The position numbers were made by a program, and so were the translations under genes. Shown here piece by piece: positions 44,901 to 57,540 of a DNA stretch of 64,000 nt; position 1 is the stretch's first letter; every line of letters begins with the position of its first letter. The notes under the pieces are model-generated. The model made no database searches. It had not been told where the DNA came from and saw nothing but the letters and a program-made list of their open reading frames with translations. The DNA is from Malacoraja senta. Lineage: Eukaryota. Location: positions 1,800,001-1,864,000 of the forward strand of contig CM075994.1 of NCBI GenBank assembly GCA_038087875.1, read 5' to 3'.

Positions 44901-47489
44901 TCCTTCTTCAGACAGATTGTGGTGGGGGAAAGAAAGTTGGAAGAGAGGAGTGGCAGGTCAAAGTGTACAGGTGAGAGGTCAACACAGGTGAGAGGTCAAC
45001 ACAGGTGAGGGGTCAACACAGGTGAGAGGTAGGGGGGGGAGGGGTTGATAAGCAGATGGTTGTACAAAGGCCAGTGATGAAAAAAGCAAATCTAAAACCT
45101 TGTTTACTCTGGGTCTTTTTTCTATTGATCATTTATCTTTCAGACAGGTGTGCATGGCATCTTCATGGAGTTGCCTTTCCACCAATCAGGTAACTGGAAC
45201 ATTGACAATCATTCACCACCACCAGACTGCAGATGCTGAACACATTTGGACACATTCAACATGTAATTATTCCATTCTCTCTCTGCTGTAAACAAAACTG
45301 ATTTTTCAATGGCTGGAACTACTGCTGCCAAGTCTCTGAACTTGCCGCTAATTACACCTTTCACTCCATCCAACCAACTCGCACCCTGAAAGCCTTCTCG
45401 CCTGGCTCTCGTTTCTGCATTGAATAAAGGGACATATGTGTGGGATCATACAGCACGGAAACAGGCTCTTTGGCCCAACTCGTTCATTGTTCATCGTTCA
45501 ACAAGGTGTTCCATCTGCCCGCATTTGGTCCATATCCCTCGAAACTTTTCTTTTGTCCAAATGTTGATTATGGGACAAACACAGGCAAACGGGACAAGCT
45601 GAGGACATAGCCCAGACCATCACGAGTTGTGGGACGTAGCCCAGACCATCACATAAACCAACCTCCCTTCCATCGACTCCATCAACACCTCATGCTGCCT
45701 TGGCAGGGCCACCAGCATAATCAAGGACCAGTTTCACCCCGGTCACTCCCTCTTCCCCCCGCTTCCATCAGGCAAGAGGTGCAGAAGTTTGAAAACACAT
45801 GCCTCCAGATTCAGGGACAGTTCCCAGCTGTTATCAGACAACTGAACCATCCAATCACCAACTAGAGAGTTGTCCTGGCCTACCATCTACCTCATTGGAG
45901 ACTCTTGGACTATCTTTAATCGGACTTCATTGGACTTTATCTAACACTAAATATTATTCCCTTTATTTTGTGTAGGTACACTGTGGATGGCTTGATTGTA
46001 ATCATATACAGTCTTTCCGCTGACTGGATAGCATGCATCAAAAAGCTTTTCACTGTACCTTGGTACACGTGACAATAATACATTAAACTAAGCTAAGCTT
46101 AGATGGGGCATTTTGGTGAACATGGAGGAGCTGGACTGAAGGGCCTATTTCGTGCTGTATGACTATGGTTCTATGACTCTAACTCCTATTTGTTTGATGG
46201 TAGAACAACAACACTATTGCTTATTAAAGCAAGAACACAAAGCAGAAGCAGAGGCAGGTCAAGGGAGTGACACACTCAGGCAATGGAACCCATAGTATTT
46301 GCAAAGGCTTTACACAATAAAAAATACAAAGGCAACCTTGATGATATTTTGCACTGGGACTTTGTATATATTTTTTTGTTTAGTTTTAGTTTCTAGTTTT
46401 AGAGATACATTGCAGAAACAGGCCCTTCAGTCCACTGTGCCAACCAGTGATTGCCCAGTACACTAGTCCGCACACTAGGGACAATTTACAATATTACTGA
46501 AGCTAATTACCTACAAACCTGTACGTCTTTGGAGTGTGGGAGGAAACCAGAGCACCCAGACAAACCCCACGTGGTCACGGGGAGAGCGTACAAAAACGTA
46601 CAATTAAAAATACAAAGGCAACCTTGACAAGATTTCACAACGGGACTTTCTATTGTTTTTTTTGTAGAGATGCTGCCTGACCTGCTGAGTTACTCCAGCT
46701 CCTTGTGTCTACATTTTACTGCTTCAATGCAACATCTTCTCAAGGTATGTCTACTATGAACCTACTTTGAACTCTCTGACAGGAGTTCTGTGAAATCCTC
46801 TCTCCCTGCTCTTCCAACTTTCCACAAGTCCCTCCCCTCCTCAATCAGTCTGAAGAAGGGTCCTGACTTTACTTCCTATACTTTAGAGATACAGCGCAGA
46901 AACAGGCCCTTCAGCCCACCAAGCCCACTGGCACTATCCTACACACTAGGACTATTTACAATTTTACCAAAGCCGACAAACCTTTATGTGTTTGGAATGT
47001 GGGAGGAAAGTGGACCACCCGGAGAAAAAACCTACGTGGTCACAGGGAGAATGTACAAACTCCGTACGGACAGTACCCAAGGTCAGGATTAAACCCTTGT
47101 CTATGGTGCTGTAAAGCAGCAACAGTACCATTGCCCCACTGCGCTGCCCAGCACCTATGACACGAAACATCACCCATTCACGTTCTCCAGAAATGCTGCC
47201 TGACCTGTTGAATTACTCCAGCACTTTGAATCATTTTTTTAAAAACGAGCATCTGCAGATCCTTGAGTCTATTAAAGCTTTACACAAGAACCTTTTTTCC
47301 CCCAGCAGATACCTGCACTGTGTTGGGCTCTGGATGGTTATTTGCAGTTTGGACCCATGTCCTTGCTTCTGCTCTGAAGATCAAACTCAGTCCATCAGAG
47401 GATGTCTTGGTGACAAGCCGCTCCAAGCACCTTGGGCAGCTTACAACCCAACAGTATGAACATTGAAAATCTCCAGTTTTAGGTAACTA

Positions 47490-48523
47490 ACCAACAAACA
47501 ACTCCGCCCACCTCTCTTCCCTGTGTCTCACATGGATGTGCATCCATTTCTCCCACTAATCCCACCCTCACTTCCTCTTCTCCCCTTTGACCTACATCCT
47601 TCCTCTGGCTTCACATTTCATGCCTCTTCTCTCTGTCTCTCCTTATCTCACAGCCTTTTGTCTCCTTTTCATCTCTGGCCTTTGTCCACCCATCTGCCAA
47701 TTAATCCGTCCCCCCTCCCCCCTGTATCCACCTATTCTGCAACCCAGGCTGTACTTTTGGAAGAAGGGACCCCACCCGAAATGTTGCTTGTCCCCATCCT
47801 CCAGAGCTGTTGCATGACCCACTGAGTTACTCCAGCAGTTTTGTGACTTTATTTGTAAACCAGCTTCTGCAGTTCCTTATGATTCCACTCGCCAGGCTTT
47901 TTCCTGGCCCCACCTCTCTTCCAACTTTCTCTCCCCTACTACAATCAGTCTGAAGAAAGGTCCTGACACGAAACGTCACCTGTCCATGTTCCGGATGTAG
48001 AAACAAGGAATTGCAAGAACTGCTGAGTCTGAAAAAGGGTTCTGACCCAAGATTTCACGTACACCTTTTCTCCAGAGATGCTGTCTGACCGGCTGAGTTA
48101 CTCCAACATTTTGTTTCTATCTAAAGAATTGCAGATACTGGTTTACAAAAAGAAAGGCACAAAGTGCTGGAGTAACTCAGCAGGTCAGGTAGAATATCTG
48201 GTGAACATGGATAGGTGACATTTTTGTGTTGGGACCCTTCTTCAGACCGACCCACTGAGTTATTCCAGTATTTTGTGTCTCTTTTAGTAAACCAGCATCT
48301 GTAGTTTCTAGTTTTTACATCACTGCAGAAATAGACAGGTGATGTTTCTGGACGGGACCTTCTGCAGACTGACCCGCTGAGTTACTCTGGCACTTTGTGT
48401 CTTTTTTTCAGTAAACCAGCATCTGCAGTTCCTTGTTTCTACATCTCTGGAGAACATGGGAAGGTGACGTTTCAGGTCGGGACCTTTCTTCAGACTGACC
48501 TGCTGAGTTGCTCCAACACTTTG
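47490..48523. mobile_element. Cluster of Penelope-derived repeats in both orientations
   Basis: Repeated ctgaagaa..gacccgaaacgtcacc / gatgctgcctgacc..ctgagttactccagca units. Confidence 0.75.
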
Positions 48524-48560
48524 TTTATGTTCCGGCCACCACCTCCATCAGCGTAAGACG

Positions 48561-49557
48561 ATGAACATCACCGACTGCCCGTCGGGCTCTGGCCCAGAAC
48601 GGACAAAGTCTTTCGCTGAGAAGACGGCGGTCGCTCTGACCCTGTCCCTGGTCATGATACTGACCGCGGCACTGAACGGGGTGGTCATCGCTGCCATCTC
48701 GCTGACCAAGAAACTCCATCAGCCGGCCAACTATCTGATCTGCTCGCTGGCATTGACGGACCTCCTGGTTGCCCTGACGGTGATGCCCCCCAGCATCCTG
48801 TACATCAGTGCTGAGACCTGCTCCTGGGACAGGCCGTCTGCCAAGCCTGGCTTAGCTTGGACATGACCTTCTGCACCTGTTCCATCTTCCACCTGTCTGC
48901 CATTGCCCTGGACAGGTACTGGGCTATCACCGACGCCGTACAGTACTCCCGGAGGAGGACGGGCAGAAGGGTGGCAGGCATGATACTTGCAGCCTGGGTC
49001 CTTTCCGTCTCCATATCCGTGCCGCCCCTGTTCTGGAGAAGCCGGACGGTCAATGGACAATGGGGCAACAGTGTACAATCAGACATGACCATGCCATCTA
49101 CACCATCTACTCCACGTTTGGAGCTTTCTACGCCCCGCTGGGCTTGATCCTCATCCTCTACTACCGTATCTACCGTGCGGCCAGGACTCTTCACCGCCGG
49201 CGAGCTTCCAGCTGCAAATTGGCTCACACCTCTTGCCCGTCAGAGGCGCCGCGATCGGGTAGCCAGCCGGGCCGGGAGAAGGGGGTCGGCGAACAGCCTG
49301 TGTCCATGGGGAGGGAGCGCCGGGCGGCCAGGGTCCTGGGTCTCATCCTGGGCGCCTTCGTTCTGTGCTGGCTGCCCTTCTTCATTAAGGAGCTGCTGGT
49401 TGGGATGCAGGTTTGGACCGCCTCGCCCACCTTGGGCGACCTGCTCACCTGGCTGGGCTACCTCAACTCCCTGGTCAACCCCCTGCTCTACACCAGCTTC
49501 AACCAGGACTTTGCAACTGCCTTCCGCAGGATGGCTAGCTGTGGGAGGTACGGATAG
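48561..49557 (+). pseudogene. HTR1E: 5-hydroxytryptamine receptor 1E orthologue with two frameshifts in this assembly
   Basis: Three consecutive ORF pieces give [111 protein letters not shown] and LTWLGYLNSLVNPLLYTSFN. The N-terminus, the CKL motif and the CGA synteny point to 1E rather than 1F. Confidence 0.9.
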
Positions 49558-49574
49558 CGCTCGGAGTGAATGAG

Positions 49575-49860
49575 GCACAACATGACCATAGCACCATAAT
49601 ACACCACGCCATACACCCATGACCATAGCATGGCACAACATGACCATAGCACCATAATCACCATGGCATACACCATGACCATAGCATGGCCCACCGCTAT
49701 ACACCACGGCACACCGACATAATACACCACGCCATACACCGTAACCATAGCACGGCACAACACGACCACACACCACACCACACACTCTCACCATAGTAGC
49801 CACCCACACACTGACCACAACACACATGCACACCATGACCATAACTCTCCACACACACAT
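49575..49860. repeat. Degenerate CA-rich minisatellite (catgaccatagcac...) just after the HTR1E stop
   Basis: Direct reading. Confidence 0.8.
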
Positions 49861-52416
49861 CCTTGTTTGCAGACCCCTCCATACTTTGCTTCTGCCTCTC
49901 ACATCCTCTTCTAGACGTTATGTGCTCTAATACCCCAGTGCTTCTGCGAAATAGGTGCAAGTCCTAGGAAGACAAATGAATTCTTGAAGAAATAATTGAA
50001 TTAGGGGACAGGATCAATGGACATGGTTTTGTGGACTTCCAGAAGGCATTCACACGGATTCCACATCAGGGCCAACTGAAGTTAAAACGTGTGAAACTAA
50101 AAGCAAATTCTGGGTCCCCTCTAGAGACCGGTGCAGCAATAGGTCGCAAACAGTGGCCGGACACTTGAACTGGAAGTGGCTTTCAGCAAACGATTTGTTT
50201 TATTAAGCATCAGTAATTAAATGTCTGCTGTAAATGAGCCGGCAAATGCATCTGAAGATAGACAGAGACCTGGATCTCTATGTTCTCTAAACCAGACACT
50301 GTTGTTTCTTTGTGCCTAACTCTATTTTAAAACAAAACACCTTTAAAATATCCAGGCAAAAATGTTGTCTTTGGTTTTAAAATGTAAATGAACGATGCTA
50401 CCAAGTGCAAGTTCTCAATTGCCACCTTATTTGTATAAATGTGAAAATAATTTACCTATCATATGAATATGTCCGGAACGTTGGAGGTTGCAGGGAGACC
50501 TTAGAAGTATATCAAATTATGAGGCATAAATAGGGTAGAGAGTCAGGATTGTTTTTCCAGGATAGGTGGCATATGGTGCATCTGTAGTGCTGCCTGTTTG
50601 AACCTGATTACAGGTGCTGTCTGTGCAGAGTTTACACGTTCTCGCTGTGATTGTGTGGGTTTTCTTCAGGTGCTCCGGTTTCCTCTCACACTCCAAAGAC
50701 TTACAGGTTCATAGGTTTCTGTAAATTGTAAATTGTTCCTTGTTTGTAGGATAGTGATGGTGTATGGAGTGATCGCTGGTCATCATGGACTTGGCGGGCC
50801 GAAGGGCCTGTTTCCGCGCTATATCTCTAAAGTCTAAAGCAAAAGGACAGGAAAAAAATCAAATACTAGTGGCCGTTGCTTTAGGGTTAGAGGGGCAGTT
50901 TAAAGGAGATGTGCGGGGCAAGTTTTTACACAGAGGGTGGTGAGTGTATGGAACATGTTGCCAGGGGTGGTGGCTGAGACAGATACAGGAGTGGCATTTA
51001 AAAGACTGCATATGCAGGGAATGGAGGGATATGGGTTATGAACAGTGAGATGAATGATTGTCTTGGCATCATGTTCGGCACAGACATTGTGGGCCAAAGG
51101 CCTGTTCTTGTGCTGTGATGTTCAAAGTTCTATAATAGTAAATGGATGATTGATGGACAGCATAGGCGGCGGGGTGAATGTCCTGTTTCATGCTGCACAT
51201 CTGTATGACTATATATATATATATACCAATGAATTAGATGCTATAAGAGAAATCTCTATATACAATGGAGACACAAGGAAATGCAGATGCTGGAATCTTC
51301 AGTAAAAAAGTGCTGGAGCATCTCTGAGGCTCAGGCAGCATCTCTGGAGGTCAACCCCTATCGGTCTACAATCAGACTGAAGAAAGGCCCCAACCCAAAA
51401 TGTCACCTGTCTATTCCCTCCAGCTCCAGTTTTATCTCGATAGACAAGCCTGCCAATAACATAAAGTCGGTTACATTGTAAATCGCACAAAATGAGGCTC
51501 TGAAGAAGGATCCCGACCCGAAACGTCACCTATCCATGTTCACCAGAGATGCTGCCTGACCCGCTGAGTTCCTCCGGATCTTTGTGTCTTTGTTTTGTAA
51601 ATCAGCATCTGCAGTTCCTTGTTTTTACATTAATAGAGGTAGGATGGATTAAACTGGTGGATAGAACTTATTATTTTTCGTGAATATAGACACAAAATGC
51701 TGGTGTACCTCAGCGGGTCAGGCTGCATCTCTGGAGAAAAGGAATTGGTGACGTTTCGGGTCGGAGCCATTCTTCAGGCTCAATGCTTTCTCATTACTTG
51801 CTGCTTTCAGGAATAGTTTCACGAGACCCTTGGTGACGAGCAGCTATGACACCATCAAGCAACACAGACCAATAACCAGGAAATCACTTTTAATTAACTT
51901 TTTAGCTTTATATAGAACATACATGAAATGAAACTCAAAGCAAAAATATTGTCAATATAATGTGAAATGTAGTAAAATTATTTTGGTTATTCATGTAAGG
52001 ATATAATAATCCATGCACATATAAAGAGAGGAATAGATTGGGTAAACACATAGTCTTTTGCCTAGAGTAGGGGAATTGAGAAGCAGAGGACAAGTGAGGG
52101 GAGGAAAGATTTAATAGGAACCTGAGGGGTAACTTTTTCCACACAAGGGTGGTGGATGTATGGAATGAGCTGCCAGAGGAGGTAGTTGAGGCAGGTACTA
52201 TCGCAACGTTTAAAAAGCATTTAGACAGGTGCATGGATAGGACAGGTTTAGAGGGATATGGGCCAAATGTAGGCAGGTGGGACTAGTGTAGATGGGACAT
52301 GTTGGTTAGTGTGGGCAAGAGGGACAATTTACAAGTTTTACCGAAGCCAAATAACCTACAAACTCCGTTTTTGGAGTGTGTGAGAAAACCGGAGCACCTG
52401 GTGAAAACCCATGAGG

Positions 52417-53456
52417 TAGCAATGTTACAAAATTTTGAGATTTTAAAAATAAAGTCTGCAATTTATCCCATAAATAAAGCATAAAAAGAAGTTTAATTTG
52501 ACACCTAATTCACTTTCATATCTTCAGTATTAAAGAAGTTATGGCCATTTTCATACTTGGAAATTAGCATTTTGTTCCCTATTGCTTTTCCATTGACTTA
52601 ACACAAAAGCTGTGATCGAGGACAGTTAAAAGCCCATAACTTTCTTAAAAATTAAGATAACTGAAAGAAATTTTCAGTTATTATAGATTGAAGCATTCTG
52701 AAACAAATATGAAACAATCTTACTTAGAAGACATGAAAGTAAAGCATATAATTAGTTAGTTACCTAATTGTAGCTAATTACAAAATTCAATTACTAGATC
52801 TAAACATCTATCAATTTCTTAAGAATAGATTAACATTTTTAAATAGCCTAAGTGTCCAAATAACATTCACACAATAATTCACAATATAACATAATTTTTA
52901 AATCTAATTTTCATGAATTTACAGGCCAAATGGAAGGAATTGAATGTTTAATACCTGTAAATTAATGGGGATTTAAATCATCTTGTGAGTGAGGATTTCT
53001 GGAACGCGATCTTTTGGAACGTTCATTTGCGGTGAATTTAACCCCGTATTGGCATGAAAAATACTGCCGTTAATTCGGGGAATAAAATCACCGTGTCGCA
53101 TGAAAAAATGTGAATTAAAGGCTTCTTAAGAAGCACTTTTATACATTTAAAGAAACCACTTTCGTTTACCTGTCCTGTGTGTGAAATCCGTCCCCGTTAT
53201 CGGCGTTGACGCTTCAGGAGCTGCTTTTAAAATTACTCTAGCGCTGACATTGACGATTTAATAAAAATAAAAAATACACAAAAGGCCACTAGGAACGATT
53301 TGTCAGCCAAGGCTTGTACTCCAACAAAATATCAACCAGGACAAGGGAGGAGAAACCCGCGTTTTAACCCCGCCCCCCCTTAAAGGCGCCAAAATCGCGC
53401 ACACGGCCAGTGACAGAATTACAGCGTGACTGAAGGTAAGTTTTGTAACATACCTA
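52417..53456. mobile_element. 1.04-kb non-autonomous DNA transposon with TAG...CTA ends, inside a V-SINE
   Basis: TIR tagcaatgttacaaaa / ttttgtaacataccta. Flanking duplication catgagg at 52410-52416 and 53457-53463. Confidence 0.8.
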
Positions 53457-56309
53457 CATGAGGTCAAGGGGAAAATGTTCACTACATACAGACAGCACCT
53501 GTAGACAGGATCGAACCCGGATCTCTGGCGCTGTGACTCAGCAACTCTACCGCTGCGCCACTGTGCCGCCCCACATCTGGCCATTGTTCCTTCGTGTCAG
53601 CCTTGTGTGGTTTTGATGTCATTCAATTCAATGATGTGCAGGTGTGATTTCCACATCGAGTGACTTTTGTGTGTTTTCCGCCATACGGACAAAATTGTCT
53701 TATGGTCGTATGTTAAAACATTACCCGGGGATGTCTTGTATCTGAAACTGAAATGTCTTGTATCTGAATCTGATACTTCACAATTACTAATTACTTCACC
53801 TAATTACTTCACAAACACCAGAAATTCGTATCCATTCGAATGACTTCAATGGAGAAGGTTGCAAACAGCACAGCCTGGGGAGTGAGTTACCAACACTAGC
53901 TTTGAGATTTCCATGGTAAAATAGACATGCATGTAATATGACAATGTTGCTGTCAGTAACTGTGGAGGAATATATACTTGTTTGTCATTATTGTTGTCCC
54001 AAGATCTAGGCCAAAACTTTCTCCATGTGTTGTACTTTTGATGGTGCCTTGATTTAGATGCCATTCATTACAATGCTATGGAATACAGTACAATAATCTG
54101 ACAGCTCGCCGAGGGCTGTGGGCTGCTGCCAAATCCTGACATGCCGCAGGCCTGACTCACCCGCCGTGCAACAGAGGGAGTTCACCTGGAGTTGGTCTGA
54201 GACTCGTCTCCTGCTCGTCCCCAAAGACTGAGAACCGGAGGGTGGAGAGAGTCGGCAATGGCGGCAGATGCTGGAACAAAGGGCCGGGGTTCTTACCTTC
54301 TGTTCCCACAAGGACGGCTGCGGGAGGTGCCCCCTGGGCCATGAAGGCTGAAGTTGGTGTGATTTTGGTTTGGAACAACGGTTCGCTGGCGATCCAGACG
54401 AATATGATGGCTGCAACGGGCCTTTATGGCCAGCTGCAGCTGGGACTGTGAAATGACACCAAAACTTGGGGACTTGCATATAGTGGGCTCTTTCTCTGCA
54501 TTCGGTACATAATCATCTTACTGATGATGCAAAAAATGAATGTCACTGTATTTTGGTTAATGTGATAATAAAAGAACCATTGATCTGCCCTGACTGGCAG
54601 ATCCAGATTGTGAGCGCCCTGCCTATCGCTGTCGTTGTGTTCCTTTACTTCCTTTGGATGGGTGTGTCAGACTTCGGTGACGCTATGGTGCAGAGTTGCT
54701 GATGTGTTAGAACATAGAACATTGAACAATACAGCACATGAACAGGCCCCTCGACCCACAATGTCCATGTTGAACACGATGCCAAGATCATCTCTTAACT
54801 GCCTGCATATAATCCATATCCCTCTATTCCCTGCATCTCCATATGCCTATCCAAAAATCTCTTAAATGCCACTGTGGAATCTGCTTCAACCACCACCCCC
54901 AGCAGTGAGTTCCAGGTGCTCGCCACCCTTTGTGTAAAAACAATTGCCCCGCACATCTCCTTTAATCTTTGCCCCTCTTACCTTAAAGCTATGCCCTCTA
55001 GTATTTGAATTTCCAATCTTAGGACAAAGGTTCTGACTGTCTACCCTATCTCTGCCTCTATATCTTTAATCAGACTTTACTGGACTTGCATTAAACGTTA
55101 TTCCCTTTATCCTGTATCTGTAAACTGTGGACAACTTGATTGTATTCATGGATAGTCCTTTCCGCCGACTGGATAGCACGGAACAAAAAAGCTTTTCACC
55201 GTACCTCGGTGACAATAATCATTGTCAGTCTTTGACACCAGGTGAGGCAAGTGATGCAGCTTTTGAAAACGTTGCTTCTAATTTAGCCTCAGTGATTATT
55301 TGTTTTCTTATTTTCTACATATCACGCAATCTTCAACACACATCATCTTCACTTCAGTAGCTTTCTCCTCCATATCATCCACCTTTACCAACATGGTTCT
55401 CCATCATATTCCCATTCTTCCGACTCCCAACATCTGACACCTCCTCCTCTTTCCTCCTCCTCCGCCACTCTTTGCTCCTTCCCTCCTCTTCCTACTGATC
55501 TGACTCATCCCTCAGAACATCTGTCCCCTTTCTCTCCTCCACCATCTCCTCTTTCGACAAGTAAATCTGTTGCCACGGCAACTTTTCTCTTGATCTAGCA
55601 CCGGGAGCTGTCAAACAGGGAGAGGTGAAGGTATGATTTTTTTTTAGGAGGCTGGTTCTTTATACATCATTGGCAATTTCTGAACATTTGGCTTTGATCA
55701 CAAACATCTGAGATATGAATTTCAGTCTGAAGTTGAAACAAAGGCAGGTACAAAGGGATTCTGTCTTAGCCTGTTTGGAATAGAGGGATAAGAGCCAAAT
55801 GCAGGCAGGTGAGACTAGTGTAGGTGGGGCATGTTGGTCGGCATGGGCAAAATTAGGCCAAAGGGCCTGTTTCCACGCTGTATGACTCTATGAATAAACA
55901 TGCACAGGCTGTGTCTCTGTACATTCGGACTCACTGAATCAAGTGTAAGTGAACTTGCGGTGGACGGAACTGCAGGCAGCCAACACTAAACCGAGTGGTC
56001 ACCACTGGACCACGTATGAATTACACCTGTGGAAGCTGCAGTATGACAAAAGTTAAGATAGCGTGCAAATAGCTACGGCTGTAATAGTGTAGAACTGCAG
56101 ATACTGGTTAAAATCGAAAGTAGACCCAAAATGCTGGAGAGCGAGACAGGCAGCATCTCTGGAGAGAAGGAATGGGTGACGTTTCAGGTCAAGACCCTTC
56201 TTCAGACTATGGCTGTACATCTCCTTGAGAGGCATCCTTTGATGTGCAACTAGTTTTATCTGTACAGCACAAGGTTCTTGAGAGTCATCCTTGGCACCGT
56301 TAGCTATAA

Positions 56310-56800
56310 GTTCATAACACACAGGAGCAGAATTGGCCCATCGAGTCTACTTCGTCATTCAAACACGACTGATCTATCTTTCTGTCTCAGCCCCATTCTT
56401 CTGCCACAACGTTTTACACTCGTACTGATCAAAAATACCCAATGACTTGGCCTCCACAGTGGTCTGTGGCAATGAATCCCGCAGATTCACCACCTTCTGG
56501 CTAAAGAAATTCCACCTTATCTCCTTTCTAATGGTACGTCCTTTTATTCTGAGGCTGTGCCCTCTGGTCCTAGACTCTCCCACTAGTGGAAACATCCTCT
56601 CCGCATCCACTCTAACCAAGCTTTCCACCATTCTGTAAATTTCAACAAAGCTCCCTCTCATCTTTCTAAACTCGAGCAAGTACAGGCCCAGAGCTGTCAA
56701 GCACTTGTTATACATTAAACCAATCATCCCGGGATAATTCTCGTAAACCTCCTCTGGACCCTCTCCAACACCAGCACATCCGTCCTCAGATATGGGGCAT
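56310..56800 (-). mobile_element. CR1-clade LINE 3' fragment
   Basis: LERVQRRFTRIIPG...ESRTRGHSLRIKG...FFSQKVVNL. Confidence 0.85.
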
Positions 56801-57540
56801 AATACAGCTCAGAATAACAGTACAGCACAAGGCCCTTGAAAAAGTCTTCATAAAGGTTAAATGTAAATAGAGAATTGAATAGCATGTAATTTTTATTAAA
56901 TATTTTTAAGAACATATTATGATTGGTGATTATTATTCTACATATGCTAGTAAGAAATTAGAGAGTGTGCAAGATTTCAATTGGTCAAAACCTGTATAAA
57001 AGCTGACAGTTGCGAGCAGAATTCGGGAGCAGTACAGTAACTGGAACTGTGCTGGGTTCCTCGTGCACAGTAAATAATGTTTGTCTGGGAAATGGATGCA
57101 AGTTGTCAAACTCCAGTTGAATGGCAATGACACACCTCACCCCCCCTCCCCCCCCTATCACTTCTCTTGAGGTGTTTAATTGAAAGGAAAGAACTGAGAT
57201 GTTGAGTAATCGAGCTAGACAAGGAACCACAGATGATGGTTTACACAAAGTGCTGGAGTAACTCAGCGGGTCAGGCAACATCTCTGGAGAACACGGATAG
57301 GTGGCATTTTGGGTCGGGACCCTTCTTCAAACTGTAGCAGTGGTGAAGAAAGCTGGAAACAAGGTGATGGTGGGACATATCCTGGCAAGTGCTAGGTGGA
57401 TATAGGTGAGTGGGGGGGGTTTGATTTGGCAGATAGATGGATAAAAGCCAGAGTGAAAAGACAAAAAGTGTGAGATAAGGATATAAAGATAGAAGAGGCG
57501 TGAAATGTGAAGCCGGATGAATGAATATAGGTGGTAGGTG

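Noticed and set aside
49240..49902. 220-aa minus-strand ORF overlapping HTR1E
   Set aside because: Antisense shadow of GC-rich coding sequence plus the minisatellite.
53846..54064. Possible additional CGA or other host exon
   Set aside because: No cystine-knot or signal-peptide match, and it lies downstream of the CGA stop.
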